A stretch of DNA of 63,063 nt, filler included, from Octopus bimaculoides (lineage: Eukaryota), in the NCBI RefSeq assembly GCF_001194135.2. It is 6 parts of 5 records of this genome, joined end to end, with 100 filler letters (N's around TTAATTAATTAA, not from the genome) between each part and the next. Parts side by side here need not be neighbours in the genome. Positions count along the whole stretch, not along the records: positions 39,694 to 48,462 come from NC_068981.1; positions 48,563 to 60,627 come from NW_026307328.1; 4 more parts are not named here. One strand, 5' to 3'. Below the pieces are notes generated by a model that was not told where the DNA came from, ran no database searches, and saw only the letters and a program-made list of their open reading frames with translations. How positions within the stretch are numbered: the stretch's first letter is position 1; the number at the start of each line of letters is the position of its first letter. The translations under genes and the position numbers were made by a program. This document shows, in pieces, positions 39,856 to 52,270 of this stretch.

Positions 39856-40249
39856 GATATCTGTTGTTATTCGGTACGCAGATAATATGTTAGTGCCAAA
39901 ACTGTTTGAGGGATTGAGTTTGTACCCAACTTAGTAGTTTTCTTATCTACTGGAACTTTTTAAATGGCTGGTGGGAATAAATTGAGATCACACTTCAGAT
40001 TTTAGACTTTAACTGGTTAAAACAACTTTAATAAATGAGGGCTTTGACTTCGTAGAAGCAAAAAATAAAATAGAGTAAATAGATATTTAACAACTAGATG
40101 TCGTAATTTATTTTTTTAAAATAGTACTATATCATAGTCTAATTTAATTAGCAGATACCAGTCTATCGATAAATTATGCAATAAAACCTATTTACTTTTA
40201 AACAAAAGAGAAGTTTGAAAGTATTTTAAATCTAATTATGTTTATATAA

Positions 40250-40475
40250 ACAATTTGATAAGTTTCCAACCTGAGACTGCTCTTGGTTCTATGATACAAA
40301 CTTCCTGTTTTAAAGTAATCTAAATTAAAACCTGCCATCAAAATTTCATGTTTATTTATGTTCCAAACCAGCTTAATGTTATTAAGTTATTATACTAAAT
40401 TCTTCAATGTTTTCAAAATTAATATAAACAAAACTAGTGCTTTTCAACATAAATATGGTAACAAAAGGGTTTTAA
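40250..40475 (+). mobile_element. piggyBac-like MITE relic (second family)
   Basis: AAAATTTCATGT..ATTTATGTTCC core shared with 48218-48425; ends AACAAAAGGGTT. Confidence 0.45.
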
Positions 40476-40620
40476 AAAAACAATGATAGTACATATGTCT
40501 TAAACATTTACAAAATAAGCGAGTTTATAATCTAATATTCGTAACTTAAGGTCCTAAACCTTTATACTTTCATTGATAAATCTATAAGCCCTAGAGCTTT
40601 TAAATATTTAGATAACTTTT

Positions 40621-41010
40621 GGCGATCTTACGGTATGAGTCCTAAATATCGGACTTTTCCGTAAAAAGTGTCTTCAACGATCTTTACCAAAGATCGGCCT
40701 TTTCCGTAACACCCGCACGATCTTCACTACGGTGTTAGGGTTAGGGTTTTAGGGTTAGGGTTAGGGTTACGGTTACGGACGGAATTCCCTAACCCTAAAA
40801 CCCAAACCCTAACCCTAAGCCTAAGCTTAAGCCTAACCCTAACCCTAAACCCTTCAAAATAAATCGCGCTCTCTGTATGTCTTTCGCTTTTATGACGTCG
40901 TTTCCCTGTTTCTCTCCAACACTTTTTACGGTAAAGATCTTTGGTAAAGATCGCCGAAGACACTTTTTACGGAAAAGGCCGATATTTAGGACTCGTACCG
41001 TAAGATCGCC
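40621..41010. mobile_element. MITE with 75-bp TIRs, 8-bp TSD and internal head-to-head telomeric repeats
   Basis: GGCGATCTTACGGTATGAGTCCTAAATATCGG... / ...CCGATATTTAGGACTCGTACCGTAAGATCGCC; TAACTTTT at 40613-40620 and 41011-41018; (TTAGGG)n then (CCCTAA)n inside. Confidence 0.92.
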
Positions 41011-41518
41011 TAACTTTTTATACATTTAATTTTAATGAAAGATATTTAAACTTAACATTAAAGGATACGATTTACTTCATGAGCTAACGAAGAAGCTTCG
41101 GCGTTGTCACTTGACCTAAAAGCGATCTTCCGAAAATCACGCCTAAAAAATTTCCTTCGGTCAGGGCTGACCTAAAGCTAAAAAAACAATGGTGTAACGG
41201 TTTATTCTATCAAAAGAGCTACCAGCTATGATCTAAGAAAATATGGGGAAGAGTATAGTGAACGGTGCCAGTAGGAAAAATATTTAAAGATACACTTTCT
41301 CTTGTATGGTGGTGCTTTGGTCAGCTTTGGAACGTTTGAATAATGACTTGCAAATTTTGATTGATTAATTTCTGAAATGAAATAATAATGTCAGCATAGA
41401 TAGAGGGTTAAATTTTGCTTCTGATGCCGTTTTCCATTTCTTATATGGTTTGAGAAAATTCATTTTAAAAATAACATGTGTCTACATAAATTAATCTCAA
41501 TGTATTCGGTGGATAGAA

Positions 41519-41825
41519 GGCGCGTGACTTAGTGGTTAGGATATCCAGCTCACGATCGCAAAGTCGTGAGTTCAATTCCCGGCGACGCTTTGTGTCCTTG
41601 AGCAAGATACTTTATTTCACGTAGCTCCAGTCCACTTAGCTGGCAAAAATGAGTAGTACTTGTTATTCAAAGGGCCAGCCTTGTCACGCTGAATCTTCCT
41701 GATAACAACGTTAAGAGTACACATGTCTGTGGAGTGCTCAGTTACATGCACGTTAATTTCACGAGCAGGCTGTTCCGTTGATCGGATCAACTGAAACCCT
41801 CGTCGTTGTGACCGACGGAGTGCCA
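41519..41825 (+). mobile_element. SINE family C, full length
   Basis: GGCGCGTGACTTAGTGGTTAGG...GAGTTCAATTCCC...TGTGTCCTTGAGCAAGATAC...GACGGAGTGCCA. Confidence 0.88.
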
Positions 41826-42328
41826 CTCGGTTGATGATGACTTTAAAATGAGATAAAGTGATATTCTCAGTCTGTTAGACTTCATGGCGCAATCTGGATC
41901 AAATAAAATTTTACTGGTGCACTTAACAACAGAGTTTAAAAAAAAAAAACTGTTTTAAAGCTTTAAAATTTTGAAAAGAAAAAAAATATAGAAAACTATT
42001 GCTTACTTTGTTTTATAAATATATTTGGGTTTAACAGTATTATGAATAACGCATATTTCGTGACACGGCCAAGCAAATAATAGTGTTTGAAAACCGCTGA
42101 GTTAAAGACAATAAAAAGATAAAAAGAAAATCCCTCAGAAAGTGTTAAGGAAATGTCTTGGAAAACATAAGGAATTGAGCCATTGGTCCATTAGAAGACT
42201 CTTTATGTTTAAAAATCGCTCTGGTTCTTCTTCAAATAATCTTCAAATATAAACTGCATAATTAATGGCATAAAAATAATTAGAAACAAATCATTTACGT
42301 TGGACCTGTACACTTCCGAACTGGCAAA

Positions 42329-42717
42329 GACTGTGGCCATGCTGGGACATCGCCTTGAAGAACTTTAACGGAACGAATCGATCCCAGTACTTATTTTTTA
42401 AAGCTGCGTATTTATTCTATTGGTCTCTTTTGCTGAGCCGTTAAGTTATGGGGACGTAAACGCACCAGCACTGGTTGTCAAACGGTGGTGGAGGACAGAG
42501 ACACAAAGATATGCACGCACACGCACACACACACACCACACACGCACACACACGCATATATACGACGGATTTCTTTCAGTTTCTGTCTACCACATCTACT
42601 CACAGGACATTGGTCGGCCCAAGGCTACAGTAGAAGCCTCTTGCCCAAGGTACCACGCAGTGGTACTGAACCTGAAACCATGTGATTGGGAAGCAAACTT
42701 CTGATCACAAAGTCACG
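42329..42717 (-). mobile_element. SINE family B, near full length
   Basis: Reverse complement of the 15657-16060 layout, including the internal (CA)n. Confidence 0.85.
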
Positions 42718-43658
42718 TCAGTCCACTCCACCCGAATCAACGATAGATCCTCTAATCGGCGGTACACTGGACTATGTAACTGTAGATACACTGAGTCCAA
42801 ATATAAGCTGGGATTATCACAGCTGGAACTGTTTTATAATAGGTGTGATCGATCAGACCCAACTTGGAAGTAAACAACACCAGAGGTTTTTCTTTCCTTG
42901 CACCGTTATTTTAGATGGACTATCTCTTACTTTTCTGATAAATATCATTTCAAATCGGATATCAAACAAAAAGCCATAAAATGGTGCATGAAAGTATTAT
43001 CAGCTAGTAAATACGAATGCTAAGTTTTTAATTATCTCACTTTAGCGAATTTCTTTATATTTGTATTAACAATAATGCTTTGAATTAAACACTAGTTAAA
43101 TTTTCTTCGTTATTTGAGAAGAGTTACATCTCTTCCAATAAAAAGTTTGATAACTTGCTTCCAATGCATTTTGGAATCCGTGATGTTCTTGTCTAATCAG
43201 GTCCTTATACACTTTACTCACATGCAAAGAATTTCAGTCAACAAGTATTTGTGTGTGTGATAAAATAAATCACGCATTCTTGGGCAACATTACATCATAC
43301 TATACTATACCAGATAGCAGCATTTCTTTAAATTAGTCCATGGGAAGATGATAAAGTTTTGGTAACTCTGGTACATCTGTCTTCGGCGTCTACTAAAATG
43401 AAAGCTGATAACCTGTTTATTCCACATACAGATGAAATAAGAAATAGAATTAAACATGAAACGTCTGTATATTCAACTTGACTATTTTGAAATCTATAAA
43501 TCCGAGGCCATCTGCCGAATCTGATATTTACAACTAAGAATAGTTTATCAAATTATTTCTCGACTGTTCCGACGTCTAAAACTGGCTGTTACTGTATAAG
43601 GAAGAAAAGGTAGATAGGTAGATAGGTAGACAGATATATAGTGAGTGATATAGCGAAA

Positions 43659-43694
<36 letters not shown>

Positions 43695-44219
43695 TGTATA
43701 TGTATGCATATATCTATGTGTGTGTATACACACACACACACAGAGTATATATAACATATGTAATGTGTAGGTAAGTGTGTATGTGTGTGAGTGTGTGTGC
43801 GTGTGCGTGTGTGTGTATGTGTGTGTGTGTACATGCGTGCGTGTGTGTATTTCTCTTTAGCCTCAGTTCAACTCTAATCGGGCGGATCTTTCATCAAATT
43901 CAGTTTTAGGCATTGTATACGCCAGAGTATATTATCCAATGTGTCCTTTTTTTTAATGGCCGGCTGTGGTTTGAGAGAATCTTGGCTGTAATTTCTAGCA
44001 GATGGAACGAAAGACCATTGGACGCACCCTTATTGTGTGTGTGTGCGCGCGCGTGTTTTGTGAACGGTTGGTAATATTTTATGTCCCAAGCAAGACTATC
44101 ACTTCTGAAGATAGGGTCAAGAGGTATATTGTAGAATAATGGTAAGAGACTAAGATGAACTTAAGGCTAAAATTATAGCAAAGGAGCAAAAATATAAGCA
44201 GATCGTCTCAAAACTTCCG

Positions 44220-44953
44220 ATAGAAACGTTCTCATTGCTCATCACTTATCGATCAAAGTGAGAGTGGAGACAGTGCAGCTTTATGCTCATATTTGCTCCC
44301 AACTTTTGAAAGTTCTTAAGCATGTTGTAAACTATTTCGGCATAGTTGGATGCTTCCTTGCTGTCCAGAAAGTCGTTTACAACATTTACAAAGAAATTTC
44401 ATGCTACTGCTTCAATGCAAAATCATTGAATTTACAAAATTCCCTTCTTTCATCAATTTTCTGATTTGCGGCCCATCAAATATTCCTGCTTTTATCTTTT
44501 CACTGTTCAGGCTGGGAATGTGCCGCAGATATAGTGAAAGTATGATCCATCTTTATCCATATTGTTAACAAACTGCTTCATAATGCCAAGTTTGGTATGG
44601 AGTGGAGATAAGATGAGTTTTCCTAAGGGAACTAAAGGCTCTTCACCTACGTTAAAAGACCCTGGAACTAGTGTTCGCTGCGGTCATTCTTTGATCAGCC
44701 GTTGGTTTTTCCTGGATCTGCTGTCCCACATACATCAAAAGCATGGATATTTACTGTATCCACTTTGATGCCCTACGAGAAAAATTGACCATCTTAAAGT
44801 TCTACGCATATTACCTACTGATGATGGTGGGGAGGTTCATTAAAAATCTAGACGTGATGGTAAAAAATGGATTTCATTTTTGGATTCAACATATGAAAAA
44901 AATCTTCAAATTAGGTAAAAACGTCCAGACAACAAAATACCTGTTGAACTGTG
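44220..44953 (-). mobile_element. DNA transposon relic, Chapaev-3-like (CMC/Transib-related) transposase with one TIR
   Basis: Minus-strand SGYSKYPCF*CMWDSR, PLHTKLGIMKQFV, EKIKAGIFDGPQIRKL, LGANMSIKLHCLHSHFD, SDEQ*ERF; terminus begins CACAGTTCAAC. The subfamily name comes from recalled motif similarity. Confidence 0.75.
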
Positions 44954-45089
44954 TTATATTATGTAACTAACTTTTGTGCACATTTTCTTTTCTTTTGTGC
45001 ACTGGTCGCAAAACGTTTGTATGTGCACACATGCATCGTTTAAGGGTGTTATTTTTCGCATTTACATCTGTCTAATTTTGTTGCCCACA

Positions 45090-45400
45090 ATTACTGGGGA
45101 GGTCGTGGTTGTAGAGTTCTCAGGTACCTCCTCCATAGTGGAGCATCATTAAACTTTATTGCTAGATTCTCAAGCATAACCAATTAAGGTTACGGATATT
45201 ATCCAACGATCTCTCTCGTGGTCTATTCCAAGTCTGCTGTCGGTTAGCTCAGCTTCAAGAATCTGTCTTGTGATCTTTTCCCGTGGCATTCTAATCACAT
45301 GTCCGTAGTACCAGAATTGTGACCGCTCAATGCGAAAAGAATAGCGTAGTGACCCGGAGAGACTTCTTGATCACCGAGTTACGCACCATGTCGCATTTAT
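45090..45400 (-). mobile_element. RTE-type LINE 3' fragment
   Basis: DMVRNSVIKKSL...RIERSQFWYYGHVIRMPREKITRQILEAE matches the RTE C-terminal W.GHV.RM motif. Confidence 0.75.
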
Positions 45401-45481
45401 ATATTTTCAAAAAACAAAACATCTCATATTCATAGAATGCGATTATATATACATATTACTGGTCCTTTCTTACGAGCTAAC

Positions 45482-45800
45482 GGAGGAGATTCTATACGAT
45501 TCTTGACTTGCTAGAAAGAACAATTCAAATATCTTTTAAAATAACACCACACCGTCTTAAAACTGATACAGAATGTTAAGAAAAAACGGTAGTCACTACT
45601 TAGATATCTTTCGACATTCGCCTGCTGCATTAAGATTGGTGATGGATTAAAATAACAGCTGGGGCCAAACTATTGTTATGAGTACACACTGGATAATATA
45701 TTCTCATATATACTATGACAGAAAAAGTCGGGATGGCCATAACTGGAACGCTTTTCATCGTCGTTTTGCTCAATCAAGATTGACTTGAGGCTAAACAGCA
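45482..45800 (+). mobile_element. Repeat family D (SINE-like), degenerate
   Basis: GACTTGCTAGAAA... and GACTTGAGGCTAAAC resemble motifs at 35316-35420 and 51611-51770. Confidence 0.4.
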
Positions 45801-46721
45801 ATATTTTCTTAGCCATTGGCTTTTGTATTGTCTTTGTCTTTCTTCAAATATGAAAATAATTTTTTAAAAATAATGTTACTACTAACGATTGATTAATGAA
45901 TGAAGGAAAAAATTAAATTAAAACATATATGTTTTTAGTACAATTTAATTAATTGTTTTAAAACGAGTCTTGGTATTTCATTAGTACATTCTCTGATCTT
46001 CATACTTTTCATTATGGAGAGATTCGTTAGGTTTCGATGTGTTCATTAGCAAATTTTGACATAAGCTAATTTCGTGGTTACCAAGATAACTGAAATTACG
46101 AGTAGAAGATTAATAAATATCTGTGTTCATTCTTCTTAAAATTTCTTACTGTCTTTAAGTTCATCTTACGTCACTGCTTCCAAAACTTCTAAACACGCAC
46201 ATATATGCTTTCACAGAACTTACATTCATACCATATATACATACATACATACATACATATCTGCAGCATAAGTATGTAAATATACATATATACATGTGCA
46301 CGTACGAACATAAAACAGGATCGACTTTAGAGATGTTAGTGTCTCAAGTTATCTAACTGAATCACCCGGAATTGGAAGGAGACGTCAATACAATCGGAAA
46401 TTTACATAAAATGTGCCGCGTATATATCACAGTAGTAGTTTTTCCGGTTGGCACACAAATGCTGTTATCTTCACACTTCTCATGCCATTTACCCAACAAT
46501 ACACGAGATCGTTACTTACGCAAAAACAGTTTCACTAGGAAAAATGTCTGTTCCTATTAGCAATTACAATTTCTTGCGATAAACTCTTTCAATACTTCTC
46601 TATTACTATCCATCTGCATGATCTAGATTCTTAAGTGAGCTTCGAAGTACATTTTTACTTGACCATTTTCTTGTTCCATTGTGCACGCTTTTCCATACAT
46701 GCATATATATATATATATATA

Positions 46722-47796
46722 TGTAGTGAAACTACCTCTATCGCCATTATATACAAACAAACGCGAGCGTAGTAGAAAACAACGCTTTCCCTGTCATCAC
46801 CTGACTGACTATTATTTAGGCAGCAATTGTCTCCACTCTGTTCCCGCCAGGACGCAAATCGACCAACCGTAGCCCCTAATAAGGTCACGTGAGAGTGTTC
46901 TTCTGATGCTTTCCTGGAGCCCCTATTTTACTATAAATAGACTAAATTATACCCGCCAATTCGTCGCGGCTCAGATCTTAGATCTGGTCGTTTGACCACA
47001 CACACGCGTAACACAGCCAGCCAGTATACCACCAATCAGCCAGTCCAGCGACGACATCCACACCATCGTTCAACTACGACTACCAGCATCGCCGCCAGCG
47101 TCAACATGACTCTACACGTACACAAGCTACCAACAGCTAACCAAACAACTACCGCAGCTTCTCGACCCTGTTTGTGTGATTTGCTCACCACGAAACCAAC
47201 AGCCAGAATTCAGCCTGCGAAGAACATCTGTATTCAAGAACCCAGCCCGGCATTGAAGCCCTAACATCACGACGAGTGACCGCTCTGCCTTAACGCCTTA
47301 ACTTCTTATATACAGACACTAACCACTGTGTACTCTAACTAAGAACTGGTAAATTCTTATACGTGTTACTGACTCTTATCAATACTATGTATCTCTCGCA
47401 TTCACATACATGTATTACTCGCACACAATCTTTTGTTTACATGACGGCCAGTCTTATATTGTGTTTTATTATGTCGCATTCACACACACACAGACATACA
47501 GTTTAATGCTACAATAAATCTNNNNNNNNNNGTCTTATATTGTGTTTTATTATGTCGCATTCACACACACACAGACATACAGTTTAATGCTACAATAAAT
47601 CTTACTGTTATACATCTTCATCGGTTGCGTTCCTATCTTGTATCTTATTGGCAAATTTCTTAGTTCTCTATGTTATAGAATTATAACATATTTATCATAT
47701 TATATTTTTGTGTCGACCGTGTGACGCGTTATAAAAAAGGAGCCAGTTTTCCATTCGTCACCATTTCTCCTTTTGGTTCGCACGGTCGTTCTTACA
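46722..47796 (+). mobile_element. Solo LTR, copy 2
   Basis: TGTAGTGAA...GTTCTTACA, CTATAAATAG, AATAAA; embedded in (TA)n; contains a 71-nt assembly duplication around a 10-N gap. Confidence 0.88.
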
Positions 47797-48217
47797 TATA
47801 TATATATATATAAGATGATAAAGGAATAAACGATTATCCTGTGAATTTCATTAGCTTACAGCTGTTTCTGCTGTGAGTTAAGGTGCAGTGAAATCATGGT
47901 TGAGTGCTTGAGCACTCAACTGTAGCTTCAACTGTTTATTCCTTTATCATCTTATTTTTTTATTACTGCTCTGTACTCTTATTACTGCTCCTCCGACAAA
48001 CGGAAGGGCCGCCCCGGGCGGCACGCACTTTCGATACGCTAGTGATTGGTCTAAGCGACTTTCAAATCATTTTCTCCTCCAGGACGCTTAAAATATTGAA
48101 GGACGTAAAAGTTGTTAACAAATCAGTCGGCTAATTTTTATCAAGAGACTGCATACAGGGAATTATCTAGTGTAGCACCCGAGCAGGCAAAGAGGAAAGA
48201 GAGGAGAATTTCACTCT

Positions 48218-48425
48218 TTAATCCTGCGGGAGATCTCCCCTGATTCAACTTCCTGTTTCAAAGAGATTCAAATTAAAACTTTGCATTAAAATTTCATGTT
48301 AATTTATGTTCCGAACACCAGGTTAATAAGGACAGATGTTACATTATTACATTTTTAATTATTTTAAGAATAAATTGAAATGAAGGCAATGTATTTCAAA
48401 AGAAATATAGTCACAAAAAGGTTAA
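48218..48425 (+). mobile_element. piggyBac-like MITE relic (second family)
   Basis: TTAA-TCCT ... AAAAAGG-TTAA; core shared with 40250-40475. Confidence 0.5.
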
Positions 48426-48462
48426 TGTTACGAGCAGTGCGTAGAGTACAAAAGTGTAGTCG

Positions 48463-48562
48463 NNNNNNNNNNNNNNNNNNNNNNNNNNNNNNNNNNNNNN
48501 NNNNNNTTAATTAATTAANNNNNNNNNNNNNNNNNNNNNNNNNNNNNNNNNNNNNNNNNNNN
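48463..48562. other. Artificial scaffold-join spacer
   Basis: 44 N + TTAATTAATTAA (48507-48518) + 44 N. Confidence 0.92.
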
Positions 48563-48938
48563 TATATATATACATATATATGTATAAATATACATATATA
48601 TGTATATATATATATATATATATGTGTGCATTTATATATATAAATATATGTGTGGGTTTTTATGTGTGTGTGTGTGTGTATGTATGTAATCTTTTATTCT
48701 TTTACTTGTCTCAGTAAACTGCAGCCATGCAGTTTTTGCTGAACTGTTAAGTTACAGGGACATAAACAAACTAACACTGGTAGTCAAGTGATGGATGGGG
48801 GACAAACAGAAATATGAAGATATAGCCATAGAAGATATGGCCATAGGAGATTGGAAGCAAAGGACACTACTTCTATAATGGCAATAATCATTTACAGTAA
48901 TTGCATAATTTCAAAACAAGGTGACATGAACCCAAACC

Positions 48939-49156
48939 TTAACCCTTAAGCATTCAGATTTTCTGTCAGTTGTAATGCTTATTTATTCACACTGTTTTGA
49001 AGTAATCATGCATTGTCTTGTAGCTTTCAGATTTTTATGAGGTAACTTAATTTTTAGAATGATATTGTAAGGTAGGTGTGAAGGGCCAAATCAGACCAGT
49101 TTAAACATAAAACAGATTTTGGTTGGGTATGGCTGGTTTAAATGCTAAAGAGTTAA
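48939..49156 (-). mobile_element. piggyBac-like MITE (TTAA-CCCTTTAGCATT family), reverse orientation
   Basis: TTAA-CCCTTAAGCATT ... AATGCTAAAGAG-TTAA; reverse complement of 54847-55077. Confidence 0.8.
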
Positions 49157-49773
49157 ATGATAGCTGGTGTTTTATTAAACTTTGTGATAATTAAGATATT
49201 TTGGTATGTATGTATGAACATTCTGTTTTTCCTATTGGAGATATTGTTGAAAAATGTACATTATGAAAGTTGCTAATAAGAAGATGAGAATGTAAAGATG
49301 ACAAAATAACAGGAAAATAAGAAAATTATATTTATCACTTTTCAAACGTTATGCAGATTCAATTACCTTTAATATGTACAAAAATATTGTAGTCAGTGAT
49401 TTACTCATTGTTCTACAATAAGTTATTTCCTACAATAAATGCCCTCTTTTATTTTACAAATGTTGTACATATGTATGTGTTTAAAACTTCCAAAATATAT
49501 GCAGATTTACACATGGGTACATGATCTTACAAACAGGCTGCATGCATTTTCTAAAGAAAACAAGTATAGTTTATGCAAAAGCATCACATTTACAGCATAT
49601 CTGATGCATTCTTTGGAAAAGCTACAAATGTACATAATAAGCATCATTATTCAAATTCAATACAAAAGTTCCTGAAGAACAATTTTCCTTGTATAGACAT
49701 GAGGAGGCACCAACACACCTTGGCCTTCTGAATTTTTTATACTTTCAAGTCATTTCTGTTTTTTTCGATCTGC

Positions 49774-49967
49774 TTAACCCTATTGCATTTAATCCAGCCA
49801 AATCAGGTGAAAATATTCAACCTGTCTTATGTTCAAACAGGCCAGATCTGGCCTGTAACACCTACCCTACATTGTCATTGTAAAAACAATCACATCATTG
49901 AAATTTTGAAGCTAGAAGATAATGCATATTTAATTCAAAACAATGTAAATAAATAATCATTACATTG
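49774..49967 (+). mobile_element. piggyBac-like MITE, same family, 3'-truncated
   Basis: TTAA-CCCTATTGCATT...TATGTTCAAAC...CAATCACATCATTGAAAT aligns to 54847-55077. Confidence 0.75.
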
Positions 49968-50329
49968 CCTTTCTTCAACCTTACCATCAGAACATCACAC
50001 CTCTGCTAAAATTATTATGTTCTCCCTACCTCATGTCATGGATACTTCTCTTTCTCTCTTTGTCTTTTCCTCTCTCTCTCTCTCTTTTTTTCTCCCCCTT
50101 TCTGTCTTACTTTTCCCCTTATCCTCTTTTTCTCTCTCCTTTTTCTTTCTCCTCTCTTTCCCTTCAACTAATCACATGAAGGTATTACAATTACATTCCC
50201 TCTACCTCATGTCATGGACACTTCTCTCTCCTTTTTCTCTCTACCTCTTTTCTTACTCCCTCTTTTTCTCTAATCATGTAAAAGCATTACTGACAGGCTA
50301 AGTAATGCAATGACAAGCAAAATTATTAT

Positions 50330-50600
50330 AAGATATGTTTTACAAACTTGGACATCCATATCAATTCTTGAATGAAGACCCTGCTACGTAGAATGATGTA
50401 GAAGATTTTATTGCTGCAGAAACAACATCACAAAATTTAACAACTACTGACCTTGCTAGATAAATGAGAAATGGTTTTATTCAAGATGTTACAAAATCAG
50501 AACATTTTTAGAATTATTAGCAACTTTTTGTTTACTATCCTAGTTTATAAAGTAAGTCACCAATTGTCATCTGACTTGAATAAGACTACCCTTCAAAGCA
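50330..50600 (+). mobile_element. Possible hAT (hATm-like) transposase C-terminal relic
   Basis: MFYKLGHPYQFLNEDPAT*NDVEDFIAAETTSQNLTTTDLAR resembles FL..DP..W...AK..V..L.VVND.AER; decayed. Confidence 0.45.
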
Positions 50601-52270
50601 AATAACTAACCAATTATAGTTGCTTAAGAAATCAATATTTACAGTTTCATTGGGACAAAAAATTATTTTATCAGGTTGATTGTCACTCATTGCCAAAATT
50701 TGCTTTTACTTTGTCACTCATTGCCAAAATTTGATTTTCCTTTGTAATTTTCTGTGAAAAATGCTTTAAAATATTATCAATGCAAAAGTTTTAACTGTCA
50801 ATGTTAAAAAGATTAGGTTTTAAGTAATTTGCATTGAAAGCAAGTGCTCACATATATCAGCTGAGAACACTCCATGTCATCACCCCAGCTACACAAGGAA
50901 ATTTTTAATTCTTGTCCATACAAAAAGCAACAATATAATAAATAATATCTATGTTGTGTAATGACAAAAACAGCAAGGAGTTGAATACTCTGTAGTTGTT
51001 TCATTATTACTATCATTGTTATTGATCTTGATGTTGTTGCTATCATCATCACCTATGCCACTAACATCATCAAACCCATGCAAGCCAAAGAGAGAGCCTG
51101 TCAAGATCACTCAACCTCCAGAGATAAAATCTTGTTAAAATTACTTTCTTGAAACTAGATAAATATATGGGACAACTGAGTCCTAAATATAGGAAGAGGT
51201 AGTCATGGCTAGAATACTGGTCAACTGATAAAAATTCAAATACACAATTAATGTCATTTTGATATCTATCGTTGTTATTATCATTACAATCATTGTCAGC
51301 ATCCTCATTGTGGTTAGTATCCTCATCATTGTCTTCCTCATTTGTGACAAAAATTGTTGGAATGATAAATATGGCAGAGTGCCAGATTAAATGCCTTACA
51401 AAACAAAATTACAAACCTTTGGATTCTGAATACAAATCCTACTGTGGCTGACATTACCTTTTATTCTTCTGGGTTGGATGAGAGACAGTGAAATAAGAAC
51501 CAATTAACTATTGAGGTTGGTTAAATAACATACTCCTTAAAAAAATTAAAATTGTGGTCATGCATCAAAGTTAGAAATCATCGTAATGACCATCAACATC
51601 AAGCCTGCAAGAGAGGCCTCTTTTCTTTTTTTCAACCTTCTATATGTAGAACATAGCAGCCAAATCTCCCTCAGACCATACCTTACAATCTTTAAAAAAA
51701 AAAGGTAATGGACACTTATGTACACTATCTGAAATGACATTTAGACCTTACCTGGGGCTAAGCAGGAACAAAGTCAATAATATTCTTTTCAAATTTTCTT
51801 ACAAAGAATCAATACTTTTTCCGGCACAGTATCAAGAATATTTAGTCACTTCATCACTTCTTTTTTTTTTCCCCTCCAAGCCAGCTAGCTTACAGATTAG
51901 ATTGTTCATTCAGTAACAAGTGATTCGATGATATTCCAAAAACGTGTTTATTTACTGCAAACAGATGTTTCCTCCTCTTAATTGTTTCCTACCTTTTCTA
52001 CTCACCACTCCAACTGCTAACTTATCCTCAAGCATAGTAAAACTTATATTAAATACATAGCTGCATATTAAATACATAATTATTATTTGAATCTTTCAAT
52101 TTAATAGAGTGTGTTAGGAAGCTGATGTCTTGCATGCTTTACGAGGAATTGTTTGTAAGCTCTATATTGCAGTTCTTACTAAACATCAATATTTATGAAG
52201 CTGACATCTATAACCTGAGTGTCTTACCTTATCACTTTGATATAATTGTTATTGCTAAGATTATTATTAA

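Noticed and set aside
40735-40850. Chromosome end-to-end fusion site
   Set aside because: The inverted telomeric tracts lie inside TIRs with an 8-bp TSD, so they are transposon cargo.
47451-47602. 71-nt tandem duplication inside the LTR (similar case at 58582-58669)
   Set aside because: Identical copies on either side of a 10-N gap; assembly artefact.
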